A DNA stretch of 64,000 bases from Takakia lepidozioides. Taxonomy: Eukaryota; Plantae; Bryophyta. The DNA lies in assembly GCA_030704615.1 (NCBI GenBank), contig CM060734.1, positions 45,632,001 to 45,696,000 on the forward strand, written 5' to 3'. Each line of letters starts with the position of its first letter. Within the stretch, counting starts at the first letter, position 1. Below are positions 1 through 11,868 of the stretch, in pieces. Made by a program: the position numbers and the translations under genes. The notes beneath the pieces were generated by a model. The model made no database searches. It was not told where the DNA came from and saw only the letters and a program-made list of their open reading frames with translations.

Positions 1-305
1 ATTGTGAAGCTTTTGCTTGAGTGTGGCGCTGCGATCACTCTTGCAAACAAGGTATTCTTACGCAGTGAATGGAGGGTCTAAGAGAGTAGATGGGGAAGAT
101 GAATAGGGCAGGTGTGAGCAATTCTCAGATGATTGTCCTTGTCTTTGGTCCTCTTAGACCCTATGCACTGTGGAAAGACAAGAACTGACAAGTTTTTGCC
201 CATGTTTTGTGGCAGGATGGCAACACACCAGTCGATATGGCGGTGTCATATAGCCTGGGTTTTGGATTCTCCAATATATATGATCTGCTGAAAACACGCA
301 GTTAG
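1..305 (+). CDS. 3' end of an ankyrin-repeat protein gene (EMB506/AKRP-like C-terminus); exons <1-51 and 216-305
   Basis: 1-51 reads IVKLLLECGAAITLANK then GT. After CAG, 216-305 reads DGNTPVDMAVSYSLGFGFSNIYDLLKTRS*. Joined, this gives the ankyrin consensus (VKLLL..GA....N.DG.TP). The gene starts before the window. Confidence 0.7.
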
Positions 306-492
306 GTGTGATTGGACAAACAAACTCTTTACCAGAGAAAACATTGGCAGACTGCTTGGCAAAGACAAGCAGCATGAGTCAGTAAATAGTTGATGAAAGA
401 GCATTAGCACTCCTCCAGAAGGGTACTTGTGAATTTAGGATACTCTTCCCCTGCCTGCTTTTCTCAGTTTCTTGGATGTGTGTATGGACAAC

Positions 493-669
493 AAAACAAC
501 CAACATGTAGCCCATTGGTAAGGGCATATACCCTCTTGGTTGTGGGTTCAAACCACCCTGTTGGTTGTTACAAGGGTGTCCACCTTCCTACCGGAAGGCA
601 GTAGCCCTACTGGGTCAAGTGACACCATAAGTTACTCTTGCTTCGGCAGTGCGCCCACCTTTTTTTTTA
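493..669 (+). mobile_element. tRNA-derived SINE with poly(T) tail and 9-bp TSD
   Basis: A-box-like TAGCCCATTGG, B-box-like GGTTCAAAC, T9 run at 660-668, and direct repeat ATGGACAAC at 484-492 and 670-678. A related head lies at about 29015-29072. Confidence 0.75.
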
Positions 670-916
670 ATGGACAACGAGAGGTCACATTGTACAACGT
701 AAGAATCATAACTTGCATGTCGGTGTCAGCATTTAGCTGATCTCTGAATTGGAGGGAAGTTGGCGAACATCAAGGAGTTGGGAACAAAAAACAGCGCCCA
801 CCTTGTAAGAGGGTTGGACTGCAGAGCGAAGAAGATGGAGACCACAAGAAGGACAAACACGGGACAGAAGAGTATAAATGAGACAAAACGTAAAGGTATT
901 ATAAAGGTATTATTTC

Positions 917-1050
917 AGTTCTAGCGACGACCGAAGGTCGGAAGCTAGTTTAGCGTAGAGCAGGAATAGGGTGCCAAAGTGCCACGTTTTTGTCGCCACG
1001 TCATCGTTGCCACGTTTCATCGCCACGTTTCGTCGCCACGTTTCGTCGCC
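917..1050. repeat. Helitron-like terminus (CTAG-bounded hairpin) followed by ~14-bp GCCACGT tandem repeats
   Basis: CTAGC-GA-CGACC-GAA-GGTCG-GAA-GCTAG hairpin at 921-948. It recurs at 5763-5803 and inverted at 53003-53047. Confidence 0.5.
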
Positions 1051-1350
1051 AAATTCTGTCGAGTCTGCCCGAACTGCCCGAACTTGTCACTCACGCGCTC
1101 GCCCTGCCGCTTCTTTCTCGCTCGCTGTCTCTGTGCGCGTCTGCCTTTGTGCGCTAGGTGTGGTTGCTGGAATCATGTGGTGTGGAGGGATAGCACCAAC
1201 AATGCACGAGAAATTCACAACGAGGAGGAGAAGAAGCATTTGGAGGGGGGGAGGTCACATTAATCTGAAAGTGAAGGGTTAGGTAATGGAAGCCCATGGC
1301 ATTTTTGTAGAGTTTGTTTCCCTGTTGGCCTTGAAGTTGTTAGGATCGTA

Positions 1351-3400
1351 GAGAATGGCACTTCTGGGCATGTGAAGATGCTTTGTGCGGCAGGCAGTCT
1401 GACAGAGCCTCTACAGACTTTAAACCAAGGAGGCATTTTAGCAGATTCAGATACATATGTCTGTCTCTTGCTTAAGTGCATCAAGATGGAAGGTCTGGAA
1501 GCTGGAAAGCAGATGCACACTCACATTATCCAAAGTGGATTCGCGCCAAAAGTTTTTCTACTCGACACCCTTGTCAACATGTACCAGATGTCATCCTGAA
1601 CATTGCCCTGTTGGACCTGTATGTCAAATGTGAATGCATCGAGGATGCAAAGGGAGCGTTCGACAGGATGACTGAACGAAATGTGGTGTCGTGGAATTCA
1701 ATGATCGCAGGATATGCCCAGCATGGTTGTCATAGGGAGGTCCTGCAACTATTTGAAGGAATGTAAACGAACGGCTTGAAGCCGGACAGTATCACCTTTA
1801 TATGTGGTCTCTCTGGAAGATGGTCAACTGAATGCAGCAGTTGCAGCAGCACAGTTGATGAAATAAGGCACCTCATCCATGGCCGCATCTTCTGAAAGAG
1901 GATCAAGAGAGGGAGTCCACAATACCTCTTCTGGCACTTCTGGGCATGTGAAGATACTTCGTGCGACAGGCAGACTGGCAGAGGCTCAAACCAAGGAAGC
2001 ATTTCAGCAGATTCAGATACGTATGCTTATCTCTTGCTTAAGTGCATCAAGATGGGAGGTCTGGAAGCTGGAAAGCAGGTGCACACTCACATTATCCAAA
2101 GTGGATTCACGTCAATTTTTTTTCTACTCAACTCCCTTGTCAATATGTATGTTAAGTGTGGGAGCATCATGGATGCTCACCAAGTGTTCAACAGAATGCC
2201 TCAACGATGTTTGATCATGTGGAACATTATGTTGGCAGGATTTACCAAGCACGGGTGTGGTAGGAATGCTTTGGAGACCTATGAGCAAATGCTGCCCGAA
2301 AGGGTGAAGCCCAACCACATCACATTTGTTTGTGTTTACAATGCGTGTGCAAGCTGGGGAGCTCTGGAAAAGGGGAAAGAGGTCCATGTTGACATCGTCA
2401 AAGCTGGAATTGCACCAGATGTCATTCTGGAAACTGCTCTGTGGACATGTATGCCAAATGTAGGTGCATTAAGGATGCGAAGGGAGTTTTCAACACTGGC
2501 TGAACGAGATGTGGTGCCATTGGACGCGATGCTTGCAGGGTATGCACAGCAAGAACGTGGTATGGAGGCTTTGGAGACTTATGAACAAATGATGGGAGAA
2601 GGGGTGAAGCCCGACCACATCACGTTTGGGTGCGTTTGCAATGCGTGTGCAAGCCTGGCAGCTTTGGAAAGGGGCAAAGAGGTCATGGCAACATCTTCAG
2701 AGCTGGAATTGTACCAGATTTCATTCTGAACAATACCCTGGTGGACATGTTTGCAAAATGTGGGTGCATCTAGGACGCAATGGGAGTGTTCAACACTATG
2801 GCTGAACAAGATGTGGCGTTGTGCAAGCCTGGCAGCCCTAGAGAAGGGCAAAGAGGTATGGACAGCAGGGACGTGGGATGGAGGCTTTGGAGACCTATGA
2901 TCAAATGATGTGTGACGGGGTGAAGCCCGACCACATCACGTTTGTGTACGTTTGCAATGCGTGTGCAAACCTGGCAGCCCTGGAAAAGGGCGAAGAGGTG
3001 CATGGCGACATCGTCAGAGATTGTACCAGATGTGATCATGAACTCTGCCCTGGTGGACATGTATGCCAAATGTGGGTGCATGGAGGATGCAAAGGGAGTG
3101 TTCTACAATATGGCTAAATGAGATGTGGTGTCGTGGAATGCAATGATCGCATGATATGCACAACATGGTTGTCATAGGGAGGTCCTGCAACTATTTGAAG
3201 GAATGCAAAAGAGCGGTTTGAAGCAGTATGTGTTCTCTTTGCACGCAGCCTGCACACTGGCCTTCTGAATGAAGGTAGACGCTACTTCAATTCCCTGATT
3301 CAAGATCATGGTGTCACTCCGACAGTATAGCACTTTGGTTGCATGGTGGACCTTCTTGGATGTGCGGGACAACTGGATGAGGCAGTGGACCTGATTGCCA
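1351..3400 (+). pseudogene. Fragmented PLS-class PPR (E-type) gene relic with internal duplications
   Basis: Motifs GKQVHTHII, NSLVNMYVKCG, WNSMIAGYAQHG, GVKPDHITF and CMVDLLG..GQLDEA. Many frameshifts and stops. 1356-1583 is repeated at about 1933-2150. Confidence 0.85.
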
Positions 3401-3402
3401 AC

Positions 3403-3496
3403 GTCAGTCCGCTGCTGGCCAGTCCGCTGCCCAGCAATCTGCCAGTCCGCCAGTCTGCCTGCCAGTTCGCTGGCCAGTCCCCTGCCATCCAGTCCG
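3403..3496 (+). repeat. Degenerate (GCCAGTCC..)n minisatellite
   Basis: About 7 imperfect CCAGTC(C/T) units directly after the PPR E-motif fragment. Confidence 0.6.
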
Positions 3497-4059
3497 ATGA
3501 CGGCGCAGGATCGCCACCGTCCATTCCCATAACCCATCCGAGCCCTCCATTTTTAGGGCTGCGAAAATGGCAATGATCTTCCCACCAAATCCCGGCCGCT
3601 CTCTATTGACAGCTGTTTGTTGTCCGATGTTGCGGTAGGCGTTTCCATGCACGCGACTATTCCTCTTTTGCGCGCGATGTTCATGATGATGATGAAGCGT
3701 GTGCTTGAACATGAGAGGACTGTCTGGGCACTACAGCCACCATCGTGCATATGCTTCCACTATTTTTGCCTTCTTGTTGTGCTTTCGGGAACCTTCGTTT
3801 TATGGTTTGGTTCTATGTCATAAATATGGAAAATGCGGACATCTGTCGTCGATAACGTCCTCTGCTTGTGATCCGTCATGATACGTTTAGCCCCTTCGTA
3901 CTGCATCCCTCATGAGAGCCTTCACAAGTTTAGTTCGTTAAAGGAACCCATGGGTAACATGGGCGCGAAAATGGTGGAAGCGTATGCACATGGGGGCGTG
4001 TATTGCAGATTTTGTATCGGACGATAGGACTGTTTATGCGACCAAATATAGCGGCTTGC

Positions 4060-4890
4060 ATCACATTTGACAATGTTGCCATGGACCTCTTTGCCCTTTT
4101 CCAGAGCTGATAGGCTTGCACACGCATTGCAAATGTACACAAACGTGATGTGGTTGGGCTTCACCCCTTCCCCCATCATTTGATCATAGGTCTCCAAAGC
4201 CTCCATACCACGTCCCTGCTGTGCATACCCTGCAAGTATCGCACTCCACGACACCACATCTCATTCAGCCATGGAAACTCCCTTCGCATCCTTAATGCAC
4301 CCACATTTGGCATACATGTCCACCAGGGTAGTGTTCAGAATGACATCTGGTACAATTCCAGCTTTGACAATGTCACCATGGACCTCTTTCCCCTTTCCCA
4401 GAGCTCCCAGGCTTGCACACGCATTGCATCCTGCCTACATTATATTCCACGTGACCAAAGATCGTTGAGGCATTCTGTTGAACACTTGGTGAGCATCAAT
4501 GATGCTCCCGCACATAACATACATGTTGACAAGGGTGTTGAGTAGAAAAACATTTGACGTGAATCCACTTTGGATGATGTGAGTATACACCTGTTTTCCA
4601 ACTTCCAGACCTTCCATCTTGATGCACTTAAGCAAGAGACAGACATACATATCTGAATCTGGTGAAATGCCTTGTGTTGTGGTTAGGCTTCATGCCTTCC
4701 CCCATCATTTGCTCATAGGTCTCCAAAGCCTCCATCTCGTGCCCCTATTGTGCATACCCTGCAAGTATCACGTTCCACGACACCACATCTCGTTCAGCCA
4801 TAGAGTTGAACACTGATCCCTTGGCATCCTTGATGCACCCACATTTGGCATACGTGTCCACCAGGGCAGGGGCAATGTTCAGAATGACAT
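4060..4890 (-). pseudogene. Second PLS-PPR relic, opposite orientation, rearranged
   Basis: Minus-strand ORFs 3922-4257 and 4435-4650 carry the same PPR motifs at high similarity to 1440-3100, in a different order. Confidence 0.85.
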
Positions 4891-5726
4891 TTGGTAATCT
4901 GATAGGCATTCACCTTTTGGCCTCGGTTGTCCCACCATTGTCTGGGGTCAGAAAAATATTCATTCAACAGCTTCTCCTCGTATCTGTTACCTGTTTTTGG
5001 ATACTTTCATGTTGTCACATTGGCAGTATCATGTCAAAGTCATTCCAAACTATCCTAGATTCACTCAACCAGCTAATTTGCAGAATTCAACATGAAAATT
5101 TAGGGCCGATTCTGATAGGAGGGGAAAACAGGGTGAAATGTGTTGAAGAAGGTGCCTTCATCAGCAGTGCCTGATTTTATCAATTGTGCATTAGTACAGA
5201 TTAACGTTTTTATGACTATGGATATCACTGCATTTGCAGTGACAAGTGCTTTTACGACTACCTCACTCTATAGTGACAAACACGAAGTCAGTTCTACCAT
5301 GACTACGGAGTGATAAGTGCGAAGTCATGGTCGTCACTGAGGACGTGGCATGGGATAGTGATGCAGGGTTTGGTGATGTAGTCATAACAGAAATAACTAG
5401 TCCCCCAAAAATTTGATTGGTCGTAGGGCTCAAGGTTCACATAAGCATTTTGGTTGGTTCAACTTTGGACGGGGGGGAGGGACGGACGGAGAAGGGGAGG
5501 GGGGGGGGGGGGGGTGTGTCTGCATACCAATCAAAAGGGGCAGAAAAGGGGGTTCAAATCCCCCTCACTTCTTGGGCATAGATAGGGGTATGCCTATGAC
5601 TGTTATACTTTTGCATTGTTCCTCATGTTTTCTGCATAGTATATACTTCCAATTATCAAAAGAAACACGTATGCGTGGGGATTACCCGCCCCTTTTTGTG
5701 CCAATTGAACGTAGTTCTCAGAATTC

Positions 5727-5830
5727 GCCGCTAGTAGTGCGGAGCAACGCGATGCCCTAGTTCTAGTGACGACCGAAGGTCAGAAGCTAGTTTAGCGTAG
5801 AGCTAGTGCCACATCATCATCGCCATGTCA
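5727..5830. repeat. Adjacent Helitron-like end motifs
   Basis: GCTAGTAGTGCGGAGCAACGCG..CCCTAG (also at 28962-28992) is directly followed by a copy of the 917-961 hairpin motif. Confidence 0.45.
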
Positions 5831-6424
5831 TCGTAGACAGGTCATTGTCGTCGTCAATTTCTTTGAAACATGCCCCAAATGCCCAAAAATAACTGGCAGC
5901 GCGGGGAAGTGACGATAATGGCTTGAGTGCTGACGGGTGTCACTCACGGATCTCGGGTTTTTACAGATAACAAGGCAGTAAAGGGGTTGTGGTGAGGGCT
6001 GGAGTTGGCTGCTTGTAGGGCGTCGGGGCTGCGAGTTGGGGGACGAGCCGATCAAGGCCGGCTCACCGGCGTGGGGCCCACACTGTTGCACAGCGGCCGC
6101 TTAGCGCTGCTACCGCTGTCGCTACTGCCAACACCTCCACTAAGTTGGCGGCGCTGCAGGCCTTGCCGAGGTCTGGCGGCGACGCTGCTCATCGTACTTC
6201 TCGTGTCCACGCTCGTCACACTCAAAAAGCCCCGTTGTTCACCGAGGACAACTTCTTGAGAGAGAGAGAGGGAACAAGGCGACAGCGTACTTAGCGTGGA
6301 GAGGGGAAGAGGAGGAGGAGGAGAGAGAGACGGCAACAGCAGGGGCGGTGCTGGGGGTGCCTGGCATATCTTTTGGGAAGGCCTCCTAGTTGTGACTTGT
6401 GACAGAGATCAGCAGGGGAGCACT

Positions 6425-8569
6425 ATGCAAACGTTATCTGTCACCAACTCTACAGCTGGAGGAACTGTCTCCTCCATGCCAGTTACAGATGTGCCCAGTT
6501 ATGCGTACTCAGCGGCTTGCAGAGCGTTACCCCAACAACCCTCCGTTGTGAAAATTTTGAAGCATCAGTCCCGAAAAGGTCGTGATGATTGGGGATTTCA
6601 AGAAGAAGAGATCCCCGTTATAGATTTGGCAGAGCTGAGAAGCAAGGGCGGCTCCAAATCGAAGGAGATGTCGCGGGAGATAGCTGAGGCTTGCAAGGAA
6701 TGGGGCTTCTTTCAGATTATCAACCACGGGTTTCCCCTTGAGCTCTTGCAGAGTGTACAAAGACAAGCCACCTGCCTGTTTTCTCTTCCACTAGAGCGGA
6801 AGCTGGAGATTTCTCGGGTACCGGGATCAGTACAGGGTTACCAATTCAGAAGCAATTCTGGCCCGTCAGAAGTTTTTCAAGTCAATGGATCAGATCATTC
6901 AGAAGTTGCTCATTACGCCAGCAAATTGTGGCCTGATGCTGGCCATAAGTTCTGGCAAGGCCTTACACTAAATTGACTCTCTTTCTTTACATGCTGCTGT
7001 TGAAGATGTGCATGAAAAGTATGCATGAAACATACATACAACCACGAGGGAGCTGACCGGAACTTCTGTTGGGGCTGTTTCCTTGTGGTTCTTATATCAT
7101 GTGAAAGATTGTGCACATTGGTTACTCTGTTGGTGTAGGTTGTGTATTGAAGGAGCTTTACAAGCTGGTCAATAGGTGTGGGAAAGGGTCACAGACAACT
7201 GAGGGAAAACTGTGATATATCAGGCAGAGGAAGTCAGAACGTAAGGGCCTGGTATCTTCTACCAAGCACGCCTTACTCATAAAACAGTGCCCAACTTGAG
7301 AAAGGGTTGGACTAAGAGAGTAAAGAGGCAGGAGGCAATAAGACAAGGAAATTGCACAAGGGAAAGGTAGAGTATGGTACCTGATTTTCTTGTCTTTCAA
7401 CTCACTCTGTACCATGATATTGAAACAGTGCCGTTCTAAAGGAGTATGATATGATGTCGCGGAATCTTGCAATGGAGATAATAGACCTGATGATTGAGGG
7501 GTTAGGAGTGAATCCAACACACTTTGAAGCTTATAAAAGAGACTCTGAAGGAAGCCTACGCATGAATTTTTATCATGCATCCAGTGAGCCTGAGCAAGTT
7601 CTTGGACTACCTGCGCACAAGGATGGAAACTTCTTGACAATTCTACATCAGCCTGACGTTGCGGGTCTCGAAGTGCAGAAAGAAGACAAATGGGTTGCTG
7701 TAACTCCTCGACATGATGCATTGTGCATCAACGTCGGTGACATGTTGCAGGTATTCTTCACATGATTATTCTATGCTATGGGGTCTCTCTCTCACAATAA
7801 AGTAGTTGAAATTGTGAACAGTAGTATCATAGATCACTTGGCTGGTGCTGAAGAATACACCACTAGACACAAAGAAAGAAACTTGAGTGAGATTTTTTGA
7901 CCCTCTTAAGAAGTTCTCTACATTTGCTAGGCATTAGTACTCTCATTCAAGGAGAGTTTTCTCTCAACATCATATGTCGTTTGTGTGTAACTGATTTTTG
8001 TGTAGGAGGCCAGTTCTCACTTACTACTACAGAAGCAGCGTATAACTGCAATCCAACTCGTAATCACCTACCCAACCCATGTATCTCTGATAATCTACTT
8101 CTTCAACAATGAGCACCGCTGTGCCCATCAAACTCATCCCTTGACCAAGTCTCCAGTTGGGAAGTAAAAATTCCCTCCCTAATTTTGTTGGTCTTTTTTG
8201 TTGTTTGGTTTGTCCTTTGGGTTGTGCTGACGAAAAGTTTCATTAGAGACACGTAGAGAAGTGAATTTGGTGCTACTGGTTATTATTGATCATGGTTTTA
8301 TTGTGATTTTTAAATTTCTGTAGGTCCTCACCAATGGCTACTTCAAGAGCATCCTGCATCGAGCAGTTGTAAACAAGAGTAGTCCCCGGCTCACATTTGG
8401 GTATTTTCTCAAACCTCCTCCACTTGTAACAATTGTCCCGGCTCCTGAGCTTGTGAACTCGCACAATTCATCGCTGTACAGACCATTTACTTGGCGTGAA
8501 TTTACAGAGGCCGCGATGGCCCAAAAAATCTGGCCAAGTTACCTTGATCTTTTCAAGGTAACTGATTAG
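6425..8569 (+). CDS. 2-oxoglutarate/Fe(II)-dependent dioxygenase (DOXC class); exons 6425-6954, 7429-7750, 8324-8569
   Basis: IPVIDL, ACKEWGFFQIINHG, LRMNFY, H-K-D iron ligands, NVGDMLQVLTNG.FKS.LHR and R-x-T. Exons join in frame; intron 1 needs a GC donor. Confidence 0.92.
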
Positions 8570-10222
8570 CTTTGGCAGTTTGTAATCAAGATACATTTAA
8601 GTTCCTTTCAAACCAAGGAATCATTATGTCTGAAGTTGTGTTTAGGCCTCGCTTGTGACTAATTCTCTGGTCATTGGATACTCGCAATGCGATGCCATGA
8701 CCTTTGTCTATGCTAGAACGAGCTAATTATATATATTCGCTTACTTTGCAAAATTTCAAGAAAAAACATACTAGATTATACCCAGAGTTTTCATTTGAAT
8801 GTATTATATGGACTGAGTGCTGAGCTACTGATTCATAATAGTAAAATGACACCTGTAAATCTTTGATTTTGTAACCGAGGGGTACTATGCCCGTTTGTTG
8901 TGACTTGCATGGGATAGCATTCAAAGCCAGATCTGTCATTCTTCCGAAAATTCCAGAGAGCCTGCATGGCACTGGTCCTTGTATCCATTTTGCTGTCTAA
9001 GGCAGAGGGTTGTATATGTGAGAATCTCTCTGTTCTTCGTGTGTTTAACTCTTGTTGGCATAAGCGATTAGGAGGAGTAACCAAGTATGATCAAGCTGTC
9101 ATAGCAAGTGAGATGAAACAGTGTGAGTTCCATTTTCTGAGAAAATAGGGGTAATTCTCTGCCTGCATGCCTTGTTTACTGCGACTCTCAGTCCACACAA
9201 ATATTTCACAGTTCAATCTGTAGATGTTAGACTATGCAAACAAGCAATTGAGTTGGTCATGCTTAATTCCAAGTTGCTGGCAGGTATGAACTGGACAGTT
9301 TCCTTTTCCAATGGAAGAATGCTGCATACTCCTTCAAACATAGTCACTGTGCTTTGTGTAAACCCCTCATGTTGCACTTCACAATGCAGAACTGGTTGAT
9401 TTCAAATGCTTGACATAGTCCCTTCGGTTTCCAGAAGCAAGTTGGCTGGGGGGCACAGGAAGATCAAAGGTAACCCCTGAAATCAGAAAGAGCTCCGGTT
9501 CCATTCAGCAAGCTAACTGAAGGGATGTGAAAAGCCTACAACCTTCCCGGCACATGCCTGAGGGAAAGAAATGTTGTAATATGGCATCAAACCTATGCAG
9601 GGAAGAGGAAGTAACTATCTGGAGTAACTACAATGAGATGCTTGCCCAAGCGCAGCACAGATGCAGAAAGGCACCCAGAAAATGGTTCTGAACTTTCTCA
9701 GGAAAGCAGCATGTTCCAACAGTCCCACACTACCACACCATCCTCACACCAAATTTCAGACTGAATGTAAGTGAAGCCCTAAAATCTGAGGGAGGCCTTT
9801 GCCGGCCGCTATCACGTTGCGTGGACGAGCAAGCGCGGCGTGCACGGATTCAACGCCTGTGTTTGCAGTGATCTTCTGTTGGCATTAAATGCCGCCGATT
9901 GTTGGCCAGGCCACAAGTCTTGGCTCAGAATTCTCAAATCATTAGCGAATGCGGCCAGTCGTTTGTCGGATTGTGATTGCAGTGGGATTCTGAGGACGAA
10001 GATAACAATTTCCTTAAGTCCACTCTGTAATGACAGACACGGACCTGTAAGTTCCGGGATCTTTCCACTGGGCAGTGGAGAACTGTTCCTGTAGACTATG
10101 CATAATGCTACAGAAGAATGAGCATGTGTGCATTTCATCAGTGAGAGCTTCTGCAAGGAGCGGTGCTAACTTATCACATGCTTGGCGGGACAGTCTGAGG
10201 GTAGGTGGGCGCAAAATCCAGA

Positions 10223-10260
10223 GAGGGAGGGAGGGAGGGAGGGAGGGAGGGAGGGAGGGA
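10223..10260 (+). repeat. (GGGA)n microsatellite
   Basis: About 9 GGGA units seen directly. Confidence 0.9.
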
Positions 10261-10710
10261 GGGGTTTCAGTGTATGAGGTGGTTATGACGTTGTAACCAA
10301 GATGCGGGAAGTTGAGTAGTCGGATTTCGGACGCTGCTGAGAGGGTAGATGAAGTCGGAGGGTGCACCAGAGATTTGAGCGGTGGCTTTGGAAGACGTCT
10401 TGGGCAGAGATGGAGAGGAGGAACCAAAGTCCGGGATGGGGCTAGGTTGTTCTTAGAGATGCAAGAAGGGATTCAAGGTTTCCAGGAGGACTTCAACATT
10501 GGAGAAAGGGATGTGTAATGGTCTTGTCGAGAGTACTGGTAAGATTAAGGGTTATGTGGAGGAGCGACTGATGGATTCAGAGGCCTGAGTGTGGAATCAA
10601 CCGCAGGTCCTGTCAGTAGACTGGTCGACAAAGTTTGGTGTAAGTATCTGGGATATTGAAGATATTAAGGAGAGCTGCAATTGTTTTGGTTGGGAGTGAC
10701 TCAAAGTAAG

Positions 10711-11868
10711 ATGGGTGCTCCAGAGGAACAAGTGATGGGATTGGAACAGGTCCCGGGGAAGATGGGCACCTTGGAGGAGCAAGGGACGGGTTTGAAACAA
10801 GTCTCCAAAGACTTTGTGGCAGAGCTGGATGCGCTGGGTGCTACCCATTTGCTTCAACATGAGCAGGAATCGGAATCCGAGAACGGGAGACGAAAAAACG
10901 TTGAGTACAAACAAAAGATGTCTGAGCAGGAAGATGAGGTAGAGGAATTCCGAATGAGGGTGCAGTCGCTTGAGGGGGAACTTCAGAAAAAAGTGAAAGC
11001 TCTCTCTGCCGCAGAAATGGCACTTGGGGCTGAAAAGAGGCTTCATGAACAAGAGAAGGATGAGAGGGGCAGGATTATTACCAGTAATGGAAACGGCGCT
11101 ATACACCTTTCAAGGTCACTGTCCAGGTCCAACAGTTTTGTGGGCCCGATGTCCCCCAGATCGAACAATCGAGAGGCACCGGAGATAGTTGAGCTGCGAG
11201 AAAAGGCCAAATTTCTGGAGGCTGCTTTGAAAGCCAAATCTATGGAAAAGGAGTCGATGAAACGAGTTTTTCACGAAAGGGAAACGGATCTTCTTGACAA
11301 GATTGAGTGTCTAGAGCTAGCCAATGAGCAGCTTTTAGAGGGCGGAGCGGATTCTGGTCTCGAGCAGTTACAGATGGAGCTGACACGATTGCAAAAACAA
11401 AACACTTTGCTAGCGCAAAGAGAGCGCGAGCTCCAGTTTCAACTGAGCACCAAGGACATGCTCCAGAAAGAAGTGCAACATCTACAGGAGCTAAACGAGC
11501 AGCTGCTTGACAACAGGCTGCAAACGGACACAGAGGTTCCAGGGGGACAGCTGGCGGAGAAAATTGTTTCCCTTGAGACAGAATTGGCTGAGGCTCTGGA
11601 GGTCAACAACATGTATAAAATGCAGCTTCATACTGCATTTGCTGATCAGCAGTATGTACTAGCTGCAGCATTGAGGAACTTTGGCGATGTGGAACAAGTG
11701 ATTACTGAGCTCCAACAACTGCGACAGCTAACCAAGACCCAAGAGACTGAGCTGCAGGATATGCGGGACAGATTCTTCGTCATGAGTATTCGCCTTGCCG
11801 AATCTGAAGCCCAGCGAGAGGAGCTCATGATGAAGCTCAAGAGGTTCCATAACTCAGCTAGACCCTGA
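10711..11868 (+). CDS. Coiled-coil protein with the conserved C-terminus of plant NT-C2 / myosin-heavy-chain-related proteins
   Basis: Uninterrupted E/K/L/Q-rich ORF with LETELAEALEVNNMYKMQL and ELQDMRDRF..MS..LAE.EAQREELMM.LK. The start is uncertain and no N-terminal C2 exons were recognised. Confidence 0.75.
   Translation: MGAPEEQVMGLEQVPGKMGTLEEQGTGLKQVSKDFVAELDALGATHLLQHEQESESENGRRKNVEYKQKMSEQEDEVEEFRMRVQSLEGELQKKVKALSAAEMALGAEKRLHEQEKDERGRIITSNGNGAIHLSRSLSRSNSFVGPMSPRSNNREAPEIVELREKAKFLEAALKAKSMEKESMKRVFHERETDLLDKIECLELANEQLLEGGADSGLEQLQMELTRLQKQNTLLAQRERELQFQLSTKDMLQKEVQHLQELNEQLLDNRLQTDTEVPGGQLAEKIVSLETELAEALEVNNMYKMQLHTAFADQQYVLAAALRNFGDVEQVITELQQLRQLTKTQETELQDMRDRFFVMSIRLAESEAQREELMMKLKRFHNSARP

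Noticed and set aside
495-569. Functional tRNA gene
   Set aside because: No proper anticodon arm; it lies in a TSD-flanked poly(T) unit, so it was called a SINE.
5210-5387. Small MITE with TTATGACTA/TAGTCATAA ends
   Set aside because: Only a 9-bp inverted match, no TSD and no second copy in the window.
8228-8256. CTGACGA...GAGAC Penelope-type hammerhead in 2OGD intron 2
   Set aside because: GAAA core absent and no stem II.
8433-8453. miR390 target site in 2OGD exon 3
   Set aside because: Only about 11 contiguous nt match, and they encode the conserved APEL motif.
9100-10430. Minus-strand gene or pri-miRNA divergent from the coiled-coil gene
   Set aside because: Splice-like signals only; no recognisable protein or convincing hairpin.
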